The translations under genes were made by a program, and so were the position numbers. 64,000 bases of DNA from the human T2T-CHM13v2.0 reference genome, Homo sapiens. The notes below the pieces were generated by a model that saw only the letters and a program-made list of their open reading frames with translations, was not told where the DNA came from and did no database searches. Positions 1 through 14,185 of the stretch are shown piece after piece (position 1 is the stretch's first letter; each line of letters starts with the position of its first letter). The stretch lies in NCBI RefSeq assembly GCF_009914755.1, contig NC_060935.1, one strand, 5' to 3'.

Positions 1-2339
1 ATATTAAACTGGAGTTTACATTCCAAATTCAATAAACTTAAAAATCACGTAGAAATAAAATTACTTATAAAAATCTGTTACAGTGCTCATAAAAATACAG
101 CATTTATGATTTTGTATCTACCTTACAACTCTGTACATTATTTTATTAATTCCTCTAAGTTTTTAAAAGCAGTTTTTCTTCATAGCCTCCAATTCATTTG
201 TCTGGGTTTTTTTGAATTAATCACCATCCCAAAGTCTCACCACCCATTTGGTCATTTTCATATCTTTACCTATTTTTAGGGGAAATCTAAAATCAATTCC
301 ATATTTCAAACCAAGAGTTATTTCATGAGCACTAATGTTTCTTCCTTCACTTCATCTTCCTAAAGCAAGTTTTGCCTTAAACTTTACTGCATATTGGAAT
401 CATCTAGAGCTCTTAACATGACAATACTGGGGCATCCAATACCATTTATTCAGAACATCTTGGAGGCACCGAGGCCCAAGTGATTCTAATGTACAACCAT
501 GTTTGAGAATCAGTAATCTAAAGAGCAAATTTGATTTTTGGAATGGCAACCAGAGTTCAGATATATTTTCAAAATTTTCAAAATATCTAAAATTTTTTGG
601 AAATATTTTCAAAATTTCTTTTTGGGATTTGTTTGCCTAACCTGTGAATTAGTTTGAGTACAACACTCCACCATGTCAGTGAAATCCCAACTGCACAAAA
701 ATAGTCTTAAGAAAGTTAATCTTCAGTTCCTCTATTTCTATCTTTCCATTTTTCTGAAAATGATTTGATTGAGAAAGTACCTGTGCTCTTGGTTCTCCTT
801 GGTTTTCTATTTTCAAAATCATTCATTTTCCCATGTTATAAACAAAAGGCATACTTTTCATCCATCTGGAATCTTATGATCTCTTGCCCCCAGGTGTAAA
901 AAATATCCTGGATTCTAAAAGACTTCAGCATTTGGATAATCCTTCTTATCAAGACACCATTAATATGACTCCCATCTCATTAATAAGACAATTTTCAACA
1001 AGTTAAATTTATATTTAATCATCACTCATCAAAATTAGAAAAATATAGGTTATGTTAATTATTTTATATTAAGATACATTTAATTTTAGGCATTCATTTA
1101 AATCTATATTTAATTTTAAATGCCAATATTTACAGCATTGAAAAATTACATCTTAGTACCTTTTTAAACTATTGGACGAAAATTTTAGATATTCACTTAA
1201 CCATGCATGTTGAAGAAAATATTGGTTTTTCTAATTATTTTGGTGAGTACCAAAATTAATTAGCAATTGTCTTTTTTAGGCCTTTCTGATAGTTGGCTAG
1301 TTCTTTAAAATTAAGCAGTTTTATTTATTTTGCTATCTTCAAATCTCCGTAGGTTATATTTGCCCATCTAGATTCTCAAAACTCAGTTGCAACATGAATT
1401 ATATCTCTCTCTGAAACACTAATTCTTGAAGGGCTTGCCTTGCTTCTTAAGAATTAGAGACATATATCTCAGGTTTTAAACACTTTGGCATCTAATACAA
1501 TGGCAATGCTTTGCATAGAAAAATATATTCAATAACGGAAAAGCAAAAGATTAATGGAGACCTCCTCTTGCCTTTCCACTGCCCTATCAATCAAAACATC
1601 AAGACATTTTCTGATTTACTCACTGCCTAGTGCTATTCATGTTCTACCTTGTTCTTTATCAGGGTGTTCAGGGCTTTTTCAGGCCAAGCATTCTTCATTC
1701 CAGGACTGCAACAAGCTTGATTTCTTCACCAGATCTTAGCAACAGGCTGCAGGGGCACCCTGTGCGCCACCAGTGTGCTATAGGTGTTCAGACCTGAGGA
1801 CATCTTGAACCATTGGTGTTCCCTCTATGTAACTTAACGCATGCAAAAATGGCATGATATGGCATGGAAAAAGGTTGGGAAGCCCTGGTTTGATTTGGAT
1901 TACACTGGAGCCCTGGTTAAAGCTGAATACTTCACCTGAGAAGCAATATTCGGTAAATGATATGCCAATAGGTTTCTACTTTATTGTGTTATAGGATTCA
2001 AAAATGTATAGTGAGTATTCATTCTTATTTAGAAGGGAAAATTTTACCTTATGTTCAGTGTTTGCCAAGGCTAAGGATGGATTATTAAAAATCTCATTTC
2101 CAGAACTTAAGGAGGGCCATTCTTGGTAAATGAATTTCCTAAGAATTTTAGTCAGAAAATCACATCCGCATACATCTCTCTCCTCCATCGTCCATATAGT
2201 AACAACTCTTATTTTGTGGGAACTATTGCAGAAAGCATGGTAAATTCTAAGAGGTTCTCTGCTCGACTTATCATGTCATCATTTAAGAAGAGAGAGAGAG
2301 GGAGAGAGAGAGCGTGTTTGTGTGTGTGTATGTTTGTAA

Positions 2340-2558
<219 letters not shown>

Positions 2559-2748
2559 TGAAGTATTATTTTAAATACGAATAGATATCCTTTAGACAGT
2601 TCTGGAAAAGCAGACAGTGTGAAGGTATGAAATACAGTTAGGATGCAGTCTGAATCCATTTAACATTAAAGCTTACCGAAGAGAGAGGCTTCTAATGAGG
2701 ATCTGAGGCATGGGTGGAGGGATGCCTCTTGGCTCCATATAAAGACTC

Positions 2749-2900
2749 ACTTACCTGCTTAGCAGTGATCTTGACTCCTAATGAGCTCATTTAGAAGTTA
2801 TTCAGATGATTTATTAGTTCCTAGGTCCCATTGGATCTAAACTTGAACCTCTAGAGGTATCTGAAAGCTTGATGTTTCCTCCTATGTTTCTCTCAATGTG
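2749..2900 (-). promoter_or_regulatory. Candidate non-coding first exon/promoter of a minus-strand OR gene lying left of the window
   Basis: Perfect donor CAG|GTAAGT on minus strand (GT at 2754-2753), TAATGA at 2779-2784 and O/E-like TCCCATTGGA at 2826-2835. Confidence 0.4.
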
Positions 2901-3753
2901 AGATGAGCTGGACAAATTACATTGAAAAAAATTTTTAATCCTTCAAACTACCTGTATTCCTGAGACAGTCATACTTCAAAAATACTTATATACATATCCA
3001 TGAGGGCAAATGTGTGATCTACTACTGGAAATGATATAATAAACCATAACACCCAGTTCATTTTTATTAAGAATCAAGTTTTGTGAAACAATAAGATGAA
3101 CACTTAAATCCTGAGCAACTTACTTATGAGATCTTGGGAAAAGGTCTATGACTTTTTGAGCCTCAATCTCCTCAATTTTAAAATGAAGTAAAATTATACC
3201 TTCTCTATAATGTCTTTGAGAGTACTGAATGAGTTAATGTATGTGAAAAGTTCGGTAAACTGTCGGGTAGGCAGTAAATGTTCAAAGATATCTGTTTTAA
3301 TAAGCAAGACAGAATCAGAACCACAAATAAAACAAAGATACTCCAAAAGCTGACAAGAAAACCAAAACCGTTACTACCAGTTTCAATCTCTATCTAGGTG
3401 GAAAATTTATTAAATCTTTCTGGTGTACATTATGCTGTCTTCAATGAAAATGATTTCTACATACTCCTCAAAATTCATTTCCTCATGTATCTGTCTCTCT
3501 CCCACCACCCATGTATATGCATACAGACACATATATGACTCATCATTCTAAGTTCTACATCTCATCTCATTATGTTTTCTTACTGTTCATACCTTTTTTC
3601 TTTTTGCCACTGAATCTATCTTTTCTGATTGATTTGTCTCTCTACATCTTCTAAAACCATCTTTCAATATAAAGGATTATACCCTTATTTTTAAATTTTA
3701 TATCACTTTAGAACATTGGAAGACATTGATTTTGTAGTACATTAAGAACTTCT

Positions 3754-4520
<767 letters not shown>

Positions 4521-5439
4521 GTATACCTGAACAAAAGAAGTCCTCATTTCATGCTTTTTCTAAATCAATATTGAAAAATATATTATTTGTTATTAATGGT
4601 GAAGTTCAGCTTCTTCTCAAATTACAAACTAAGAAACTATTATATATGAATTAGGTATGTGGATGTAAAACACAACCTGTAGCACTAGTCAGAATTCTCA
4701 AAAAAGTTGTTTATTGTTTCCAATTTTTCATAATCCTTTGCTCTTTCAAATCCAGCTTCCCACTTATCACTGAGACCAATCCTTTCTAGGTTAACCTACT
4801 GTCTCACTATGGATATATACAATGGAAAATTGTCCATTCTTAGCTGAATTTCTTCTGAAATTTGGAAATGTTGTACAATGTCTCACTTGTCTTGTGTGAT
4901 GCCACCACATTTTCTTTGTTTTTCTCTTACCTCACTAATTGCAGATTTGGCATCCTCAGTTCAGCTGTTAGTTTTTCCCATTCCTCATTTTTGTAGACTG
5001 TTTTATTATACCCACAACTTCAATTATCAATGATTCTTACATTTGTTTCTCTATCTTACCACTTCCTGTAGCTTCAGAGCTCTATATCCAAATACCTAGT
5101 ATTGAGTTTAAGTTGCATGGCTCAAAGGCAACTAAAATTCTACATTCCCAAGGCCAAGTTCCCAATATCTTGACCTCAAATTTAGTCGTTGTCCTGTGTG
5201 CTTTATCCCTATTGTCTATCCTACTAGGCAAGTCATACGCTAGTATTTATCCTTCACTTCTTTGTCTTCCTTACTTCCCCCATTTTATGTCTAATTTTTT
5301 ACCTCTTAGATGTTCACCTTATTCATGCTTTTCCTTCCCTCTCCGTTGCCATCCTCCAATCCCAACTAACATCATCTTTTCTAAAATGGCTAAAATATCA
5401 TTTTAATTAGTCTCTAATAAATTTATTGAAACATAAACC

Positions 5440-5990
5440 CCATTGAATAATCATATTGATTTAAGAAGTTTTAATGACTTCCAAATATTGTTAGAATAAA
5501 GATGAAATTTTATGCAATCGTATTCAGGTTCCTGCATGATCTAAGACTTTCTTCTCCAGCTCTACCTTGCTCTCCCTCAAATTCACTTTTGTTCTAGCCA
5601 CAGTAGCTTTTCTCATTTCTTCTGATGTTGCAAGTTTCTTGCTGCTTCAAGATTCAGAATATTGTTTTCTTTCTCCTTAAATGTTGTCCCTACTCTCACC
5701 CCTTTTGCCAATCCTTTGGTATTCAAACTAAGCATCATTTACCAGGGAAACTTTTGCTGAAAACTGAACTATTTTGGGTTTCTCTTCCAATTCTCTCAGC
5801 ATCATGCATCTCTTCTTGGAAGGATTAATCACAGGTCGTAATTTTATGCTCCTTTGTGACCATTTATTTTAAGTCTCTCTCAGTCAATTGTAAGATCTGT
5901 GAGGTCAGGGACCATTTCCAATTTGCTCACCACTGTATTCCTGCATCCTAGCACAGGTCTTACTATAAAAAATGAAAATAAATATTTTAA
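5440..5990 (+). mobile_element. L2 3' region, degenerate
   Basis: L2 3'-end motif TGTAAGATCTGTGAGGTCAGGGACC...CACTGTATTCCTGCATCCTAGCACAGG. Confidence 0.65.
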
Positions 5991-6589
5991 AATTGACTTA
6001 TCTATCAGTCAATTTTAAAAGTAGTTTGTTCTGTACAATATAAGCACACAAAAACACAACTGAAATCAGATGAGAGGAAAAGTGTGTTTTAAACCTTGCT
6101 TTTAATTTCTTAATGTAGGTCTTACAAGTAATTATTTGCATCATTCTCTATCTGGCCTTCTAAGATCATCTAATTTAACATGGTCATTTAAACAGATGGG
6201 GAAACCAAGAATCCTCGAGCTCTCACAATTATCTCTCTTAATTTCATCTATGAGTGAAGAATAGGACACCACAGTCTTTCGTAGTAATAATATTCACTCT
6301 GGTAATAATATTCACTGTAAATAAGACTATAAACTCATTTATAGTCACTCATATTGTGCCAAGCAGTAGTCTAAGAGGTCCATATATTAGCATATTTAGT
6401 CCTGGCAACACTATAAGTAGTATTATCATCCCTATTTACAAAGGTGAAAACTGAAGTCTAGGAAGGTCAGGCACTTTGCTCAAGGCCACACAGCAGCGAA
6501 CTGGGACTTTGACTAACTCCAGAAACATAACTACTAATTTACACTTTTCTTTCTTGCTCTTCTCTAAGCATGAAGTTACTGATTTCCAT

Positions 6590-6965
6590 GGACTACATCT
6601 CTAAGGAATACTTGATGGCTGGATTCAATAGGTTGCAGCCAATTGGAACCTGTAACAGGAGATCAGATGGGATGAGGAGAGAGAGGCCAGAATACATTAG
6701 CCCTGCTCTCTCTCTGCTCTTGAACTATGGCTGTCACAGTTCTAAAGTGATGCCTGGCAGTAGAGGCATCCCTGTCCTCATTTCCTTTCAGGCAACCTCT
6801 CACTCACACCCTACCTATCATTGGGTTCTCGATTCCCATTGAGTCCCTTCAGCCACTGAGGTGCTAATAGTTTCATGGTTAGATCCCAGGTACTCAGTAT
6901 CCCATGTTTGTTTATTTCTCTTTATTTGAATTATTGTGGGTTGTTTCTTCACAAGAATCTGACCA
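6590..6965. mobile_element. Old ERVL-class LTR fragment (LTR33-like)
   Basis: GCAGCCAATTGG...AGGAGATCAGATGGGATGAGGAGAGAG resembles LTR33/LTR16 consensus as I recall it. Confidence 0.45.
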
Positions 6966-8007
6966 ATAATTCTCTAATTTCCTTGCAATTTATCTAACAT
7001 TTTTCTTGATAATTAAATGCTTTGGGAATTTTTTTAGAAATAATATCACCTCTATGTATTTAGGTGTGGGTGGGTGCATTCTAAGACCTTTGAGAAAAAT
7101 TTAAGTTGGGTAATTGTTATAGGGGGATTTCTATAAAAATTCTTCTAATTTTATATTTGTTTGAAAATGTCCATAAAAAGTTTTTAATAGTTTCTTATAT
7201 AATAAGTAGTTTATATAGTAAAAACATAAAAAGATTACAATTTTTAAAATAGTTGTATTAGTTTGGGGTTTGAAATATCAGTACCTCTCTGTTAAAAGTA
7301 TTATCATAGAGGCTGACAAATCTACACAAAGGAAAAGTAAGACAGATTTGTTAAAGAAAAAATAAAAATATGTTTTACAAGTTATGTGATCAGTAAAATC
7401 TAAGGAAATCAACAAATCAGAATGTTGAAATTTTAATAAAAATGAAACCCCTATGTATTGCAGACAAAAATTTTAAAAATACAATGGGAAAAAAATACTT
7501 AGAGTGGGATCTGTTAGGTAAAGTGTATGTTGAATTAAACATCAAAAATATTCAAATAAAAAAAGGTCCTAAAGAAATAAAATGATTTGGCTTGAAAATT
7601 TAATTAAAATGATAATATTTTATTATTATAAGGGTTTTTTTGAATGCCTTTCAAATGGGTCCACTATTTGCTAAAATAAATAAATAAATAAGAATAATAA
7701 ACTGAGTCACCATAATATATAAGACACTGGAGGTAAAGAAAGGGATAACTCGGTCAGAATTCCTGTCCTCAGATAACTCCTAGCCTAATAAGGGAAACAG
7801 ATGTGGAAAGAATTATAACACAGTATGAAAATACAACAGTGACACAAGAAGACACTGATAGTACACTGAGAAATGGTTAATTAACTTTTTTTTTCTATTG
7901 GAGATCAGGTAAGGAGAAGAGTGAGTGCATATGGTAAATTTCTTCTAAGAAGTTAACTTCTGAGCTTGTACTAGAAGGACAAGAAAATGTTAGGCTTTAA
8001 AACCTGA

Positions 8008-8257
8008 CACTGCATGTTCTCACTCATAGATGGGAATTGAACAATGAGAACACTTGGACACAGGAAGGGGAACATCACACACCGGGGCATGTTGTGGGGT
8101 GGGGGGAGGGGAGGAGGGATAGCATTAGGAGATATACCTAATATAAATGATGAGTTAATGAGTGCAGAACACCAACATGGCACATGTTTACATACGTAAC
8201 AAACCTGCACGTTGTGCACATGTACCCTAGAACTTAAAGTGTAATAAAAAAAAAAAA
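8008..8257 (+). mobile_element. Short L1PA 3' end
   Basis: CATGTTCTCACTCATAGATGGGAATTGAACAATGAG, G-rich tract, AATAAA and poly-A. Confidence 0.9.
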
Positions 8258-8456
8258 GTATTTCAGTGACACAGCAAGTGCAAAGACAAGAAATGCAGCC
8301 ACAGCCAATGAAGGAGAAGTTTTGTGGTAGGCAAGGAGGAAAATATTAGGGAAAGAAGTTACAAAGAAAGGAGTATGGCAACATAAATCCTCATAAGTCA
8401 TACCTCTGAGTGTAGTCTAAGTCCCATAGCAGACAGAAGCTGTATAATGCTATATA

Positions 8457-9728
8457 GTAGGTTGGTGCAAATGTAATTGCAGTTTTTGCATTGTTGAAAT
8501 TTGTTGTTTGATGTTGGAATGCATTCTTAAATAAATGTGATTATGTTATACATCATTTTAATGCGCATTTCTTGCTTTATTTTTTTTTGGCTAATGACTT
8601 ATTACTTGATGTTTATTTTATATTTATTTTAAACTATGGAAATGTTGTTAGACAAAAAAACACATTTGAGCAATTTTCTTATTCGAGTTCAAAATGGGTC
8701 ATAAAGCAGCAGAGACAACTCACAACATCAACAACACATTTGGCCCAGGAACTGCTAACGAATGTACAGTGCAAAAGTTTCAAAAACTTTTGCAAAGGAG
8801 ACAAGAGACTTGAAGATGAGGAGTATAGTGGCCAACCATCGGAAGTTGACAATGACCAATTGAGAGCAATCATCGATGCTCATCCTCTTACAACCTCATG
8901 AGAAGTTGCCAAAGAACTCAGCATCGACCATTCTACGGTCCTTCAGCATTTGAAGAAAATTGGAAGGTGAAAAAGCTCAACAAGTGGGGGCCTCGTGAGC
9001 TGAGCAAAAATTTTTTTAAAATCATCATTTTGAAGTGTCATCTTCCCATTCCACACAACGAACCATTTCTCAATCGGATTGTGACGTGCGATTAAAAGTG
9101 GATATGGCAACTGGTGACAACCAGCTCAGTGGCTGGACTGAGAAGAAGCTCCACAGCACTTCCCAAAGCCAAACTTGCACCAAAAAAAGGTCATGGTCAC
9201 TGTTTGGTGGTCTGCTGCCAGTCTGATCCACCTCAGCTTTCTGAATCCTGGAGAAACCATTACAGCTGAGAAGTATGCGCAGCAAATCAATGGGATGCAC
9301 CAAAAACTGCAACACCTGCAGCCGGCATTGGTCAACAGAAAGCGCCCAACTCTTGTCCACAACAATGCTAGACTGCACATCACATAACCAACGCTTCAAA
9401 AGTTGAACGAATTGGACTATGAAGTTTTGCCTCATCGGCCATATTCACCTGACCTCTTGCCAATTGACTACCACTTCAAGAATCTCGACAACTTTTTGCA
9501 GGGAAAACGCTTCCACAACCAGCAGGATGCAGAAAATGCTTTCTAAGAGTTCGTCAAATCCCAAAGCACGGATTTTTACACTACAGGAATAAGCAAATTT
9601 ATGTCTCATTGGCAAAAATGTGTTGATTATAGTTGTTTCTAGTTTGATTAATAAAGATTTGTTTGAGCCTAGTTATAATGATTTAAAATTCATGGTGCAA
9701 AACTGCAATTACTTTTGCACCAACCAGA
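8457..9728 (+). mobile_element. Full-length Hsmar1 mariner DNA transposon
   Basis: TIRs (G)TAGGTTGGTGCAAATGTAATTGCAGTTTT and AAAACTGCAATTACTTTTGCACCAACC; TA on both flanks; ~1.27 kb; transposase remnants inside. Confidence 0.95.
8636..9651 (+). pseudogene. Decayed Hsmar1 transposase
   Basis: Starts MEMLLDKK; fragments HQKKVMVTVWWSAA, HNNARLH, YSPDLLPIDYHF; several frameshifts and stops, e.g. TAA right after VTCD. Confidence 0.9.
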
Positions 9729-10069
9729 TATATAAGATTGATATAATCAGAAGTAGCATTTTCAAAAAGTCCTTCAATGAAATAGGGGCTTAACACAATG
9801 AAATACAACTTAGTAACTTTCAAAGAGGCTAAAATGTGGGAAAATTAAGAAAAACAGAATAAAATTCAAAATTAAAAAAAAATTACAGGTTGTGTGTATG
9901 AAACTTAAAAAAAGTGAAAATTTTGATATTTATGTATTTAGTTTACTATTCCCTGGATTGTGTTACTGGGATTCATAGTTAGAAGACTGATAGTCTTAGT
10001 TGAGGAATTTAATAATATATGCATAAGTGTGCGCATGTATTAAAGAAAAAAACAATATCTAATGACACT

Positions 10070-10527
10070 TGTTAAACAACAGTAAGGAAGAAATTATCCA
10101 GGACCACTGGCAGAGATACAGGGATGACTGCAATGGGGTCTTGCAGCAGGGGAGAGAGTTTGAGCTCAGCTCTGAGTAGGGCATGGGCAAGTAGAAATGT
10201 ATAGCCAGGGGGCAGAGTGGAGGTCAGTGAGTGGAAAATGACTAAGAGAAAACATAATTGTTAAAGAAGCTTCTGGCTAAACCAACCTTACAGGATTCTT
10301 GCAGAAGACAGGCCAGGATGATCAGACATTACGTAGAGAATGGTGGAAGATAACGAACCTGATCAGATATTGAAAGAAATCAGATATCATGGGTGGGGGG
10401 ATTCTTGTTAAACTGACTTAGCGGGGTTATTTGCTAAAATTGAATTTTACAAGCAGGTACATAGATGGGCTTAGGAGAAGGCTCAGGAGCCACACAAAGG
10501 TTTGACCAGGCAAAGAATTATTGTCAT
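10070..10527 (-). mobile_element. ERV1-class solo LTR (MER31-like)
   Basis: TG...CA ends; GGAAAATGACTAAGAG, TTCTGGCTAAACC, CAGGATTCTTGC and GATCAGATAT motifs typical of MER31/MER67. Confidence 0.6.
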
Positions 10528-11199
10528 GTGCATGTATGTATGTAGGTATGTATGTATATATCTGTCTGTCTCTTATCTATATGTCTAATACAATGTCTAT
10601 CCTATTATTACAAATAACATGAGAATGGCAAATTTGTTACAGTTTACTGAGACACAATCATAATGCATGCTTTAGTATCTTAGAATAAATTTTGAAAAAA
10701 TAAAATAGAAAGGGAGGGAATAAGCACAATAGTAGCCAAAAATATCTAATCTATATTCACATCTGGATTCTCGCTAACACTTTTATCAGCTGTAGCTTAA
10801 GGCAAAGTATTTAAATTATCTGAGCCTCTTTTCTTACTCAAAATGTGGACTCATTTTACCTATATCTTCATGTTTTTATGAAGATTAATGATATAATATA
10901 TATAAATATTTTAGCACTTTGTGTAGGACACAATAAGCATTGACTAAATGTTAAACACTGTCATCATCATTAATGTTATTTTATTCACAATCCATATATC
11001 ATTAATTTCTATTTTGCAGAGTAATTTAATATTCACTATAACTGTACATTTTAAAATAGTCCTCTGCTGTAAGTAGTATTTTCATTTCTTAATTGAGGCT
11101 CTGAGTTTATATCTTTCCCAAGAGCGCATGGGTAAATAGGAGAAGACCCTGGGTACAAACCTAGGTTTGGCTCCAAATCCTCTTCTTTTCCCACTAAAA

Positions 11200-11580
11200 T
11201 ACCTTATCTCCCAAAGGAAGGTGCTTCGAAGTAGAGGAAATGACCATCCCTGAGGAAGAAGATAATTATCTCAACACTTTCAAATTAAACTGCATATTCA
11301 TTAATCTTAATGAAAAAGTTGAAACTTTGTGTTTGTTGAGATTGGTTCCAGTTAATATGTCCCCATGAAAAAGCTGAGAAACCAATCATTTTAATAAGGC
11401 CCTTGGAAACTGATTAGTAAGTAAATCAAATTTTTATAGCAATTACGGTAAGGAGTTGTGTCTGCAATGAAGAATTTTGTAATGAGACCCAGAGAGACAG
11501 TTTCATCATCAATGTGTAAGCAAACTCTGACTTCATTTCTCTTTACCTAATGATCAGCAATTATTTAATTAAAATCAACA
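11200..11580. promoter_or_regulatory. Candidate OR cluster enhancer (Lhx2/Ebf composite-motif, Greek-island type)
   Basis: Three TAATNN-G-[O/E-like 10-mer] composites at 11353, 11392 and 11480; O/E-like TCCCTGAGGA at 11247; AACTTTTTCATTA on minus strand at 11308-11320; no repeat recognised over the motif cluster; far from any OR CDS. Confidence 0.55.
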
Positions 11581-12880
11581 GAGGAAGAATAGCAGTTACA
11601 TAAAATGGCATTTTTCTTAATTTTTCCAGATACTTTGACTTTTTGAAGTCTGGCTAGAAATAGAATTGCTAAACTAATTCCTTTTACACTGGTGCTCTTA
11701 AATTCTTTGGTGAGCCAGTGTATATTAATCTGTATAAAGTAATTTGGGAATATAATCACCAATTAATGTTTTTTACATTCAATGGCAAACTACAACTTTT
11801 ATCACAATAAAAATTTTTGACATGTTCTATGGTAAGAATGCCCTATTAGAATGCATTAAAGGAAACTAAGGGCTGTTTCATTCTTTCTTGAACAAGAAAT
11901 ACAAGACAGACAACCAGTTAAAGGCCTACTCACATGTAGATAGGATATAAATATCAAATGTGGAGACACACATGCTAATAATATAACATAGCACATGCCA
12001 CATCTGCACAGTTTCAATGGGGTTGATGATTTATGAGCTTCAACAGTTGGGCAGATCATTGGTTACTGCATATTTTGAGAGTATACATTATAAACTGAAC
12101 TAAGATAAAATGCTTATAACTATGGTCTAATTATTTTCTAGAAATATAACAGGCCACAAATATCTTATTGCATAACAAATATTGTACTAAAACATATCAA
12201 AATAAATCACTCTAGTTAAAACTACTAAAATAAATGTTCTTGAAGGAAAATCTTAATTTTGCAGTTTAGAACATCAGGGCCATAATTGTTTCTGAATGTG
12301 TTTACTTACAAATGAAGGTATATGCAGAGTGTTATTCATGCACAGTGCTATACCACTTTGTAATTAAATAAGAAAGACTGTAACAAGGTGCATTAGATAT
12401 TAAGTTCCAAAAATTGAGAAAAGAAAAAAAAAGTCTGAGATAAGCTGAGTTTCAAATTAGAAATAAAATAAAACATTAATATGGAAATCTGTATAACAAA
12501 TGGTTAAAAGATTCATGTGGTTCATATGGGGGAGGTGGTGAGAAAACTATATTCTCTGTTTCAAACTTACACAACTTGTGTGATATTGAGCACCTAGTCT
12601 TCCTTCTACTGACCTTATTTTATTCACATGTAAATAAAGAGCAGAAGAAAATATATATTATTAATATTAAAACCTGAAATCAAGGGTTATTATAAAGGGT
12701 AAGTTGACATAATTTGTGAAAAGTTATTAGAACAGTTTCAATGTATTAGCCAAGCACACTGCCGATATATTAGCAATGGTCCACACTAGCAAACATGATT
12801 ATATTTTCAACAAAAATGCTCATGTATTAGCAGCAGAAAGGATATTGTCAGAGAGAAAAGATAGACATTAACAATACTAT

Positions 12881-13528
12881 TGACACAGGATTTTTCTAGG
12901 CCACTTTGCCATCCAGGGACCTCCACAGCCAGCAATGCCCCCACATGTGGGCCTCACTCAGCCCTGGGCCTGCTGCTGGAGGTACCCCACCAACTTGGCC
13001 CACCTGTGCTATAGCTTGTACCCATGTTCAGTGGTTCCCAAGCTCTTGTCCTATGTCCAGGAAGAATGAGGATATGCTGAAAATTGAAGAGTGAGGATGA
13101 GTGAAGAATTTTTTTGAGAGGCAGAATGGCTCTCACCAGAGAGTGGACATGGGTGTCAGGGGGTGGTCCTCCACCCCTGAGTTGGGTGGTTTCTCCAGTG
13201 TGGCTGGGTCCAAGGCTTTTATGGGCTCAGAATAGGGGAGAGTGTGCTGATTGGTTTGTGAGTATGAAAAAAAGTTAAAACAAAGGCATGACTCAAAGTT
13301 GAGCCTGACAGTGTAAGAAAACAAATAGGGAAGGGTAGGCATTTGTAAAATAGGTGATGGGCAAAGATGAATCAGAGAAAACCTTGCCAGATGGGAAGAC
13401 AGTTTCTTAATCTGGTTCATGGATTTGACTTGTAGCTTGGCTTTCAGGCTGCCTTTGGCATGGAGGTGGCCTTTCACTGAGAACCCTCTCCATCTGCTTA
13501 GGCATTTGTCTGCCTCCTGCTGCTATCA
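12881..13528 (-). mobile_element. ERV1 solo LTR (LTR27/LTR28/MER61 group)
   Basis: Minus strand begins TGATAGCAGCAGGAGGCAGACAAATGCCT and ends CA; CATAAAAGCC TATA-like box. Confidence 0.8.
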
Positions 13529-14148
13529 CTGATATAATTAAATGGTTAAAAAAATTAAATTAATTTTTAAGACACTATATCTATTTGCTTGGTATTTTTA
13601 AATGTAAAGATTATTCGAATTGCTAATGAGTTTTCATTGTTGAACTTAGTGGTGTGATTCAAAAAATTAATGAGACGAAAGAAATGCATTATTCCCCTAA
13701 TACATTTTTTTAGAAAGTGTTTAATAAAAATTAATTCCTCATCATAAATAAAGCTCCAAGGGAACAGAAATAAGAAAAATATTAACATAATAATAAGGAT
13801 GATCTGTCACAAATTAGTAGTCACTATCATATTTAATGGAGAAAAAGTAGAAATGTCTTAATGAAAATCAGGAAAGAGAGAGATTCCTTTTACCTCCATT
13901 AATTTTCTTTTAAAATTATAGCCTAAGAATTTTTGTGAGGGTGGTAGGCAGTAGGAAAAATAGAGACTAGGAAGTAAGAAGCCACATGCAATAAAGAAAG
14001 AAACCAAATGCAATAAAGATAAGAAGACAAATAAAAGAAATAATTATTAGCAAAAAGGAGACAGGTATTCTATTATTTCTGGGCAATATAGAAAAGCCAA
14101 TACAATGTATATAAATTAACAAAGTTTTATTAATGTGGCCAGTTACAA

Positions 14149-14185
<37 letters not shown>

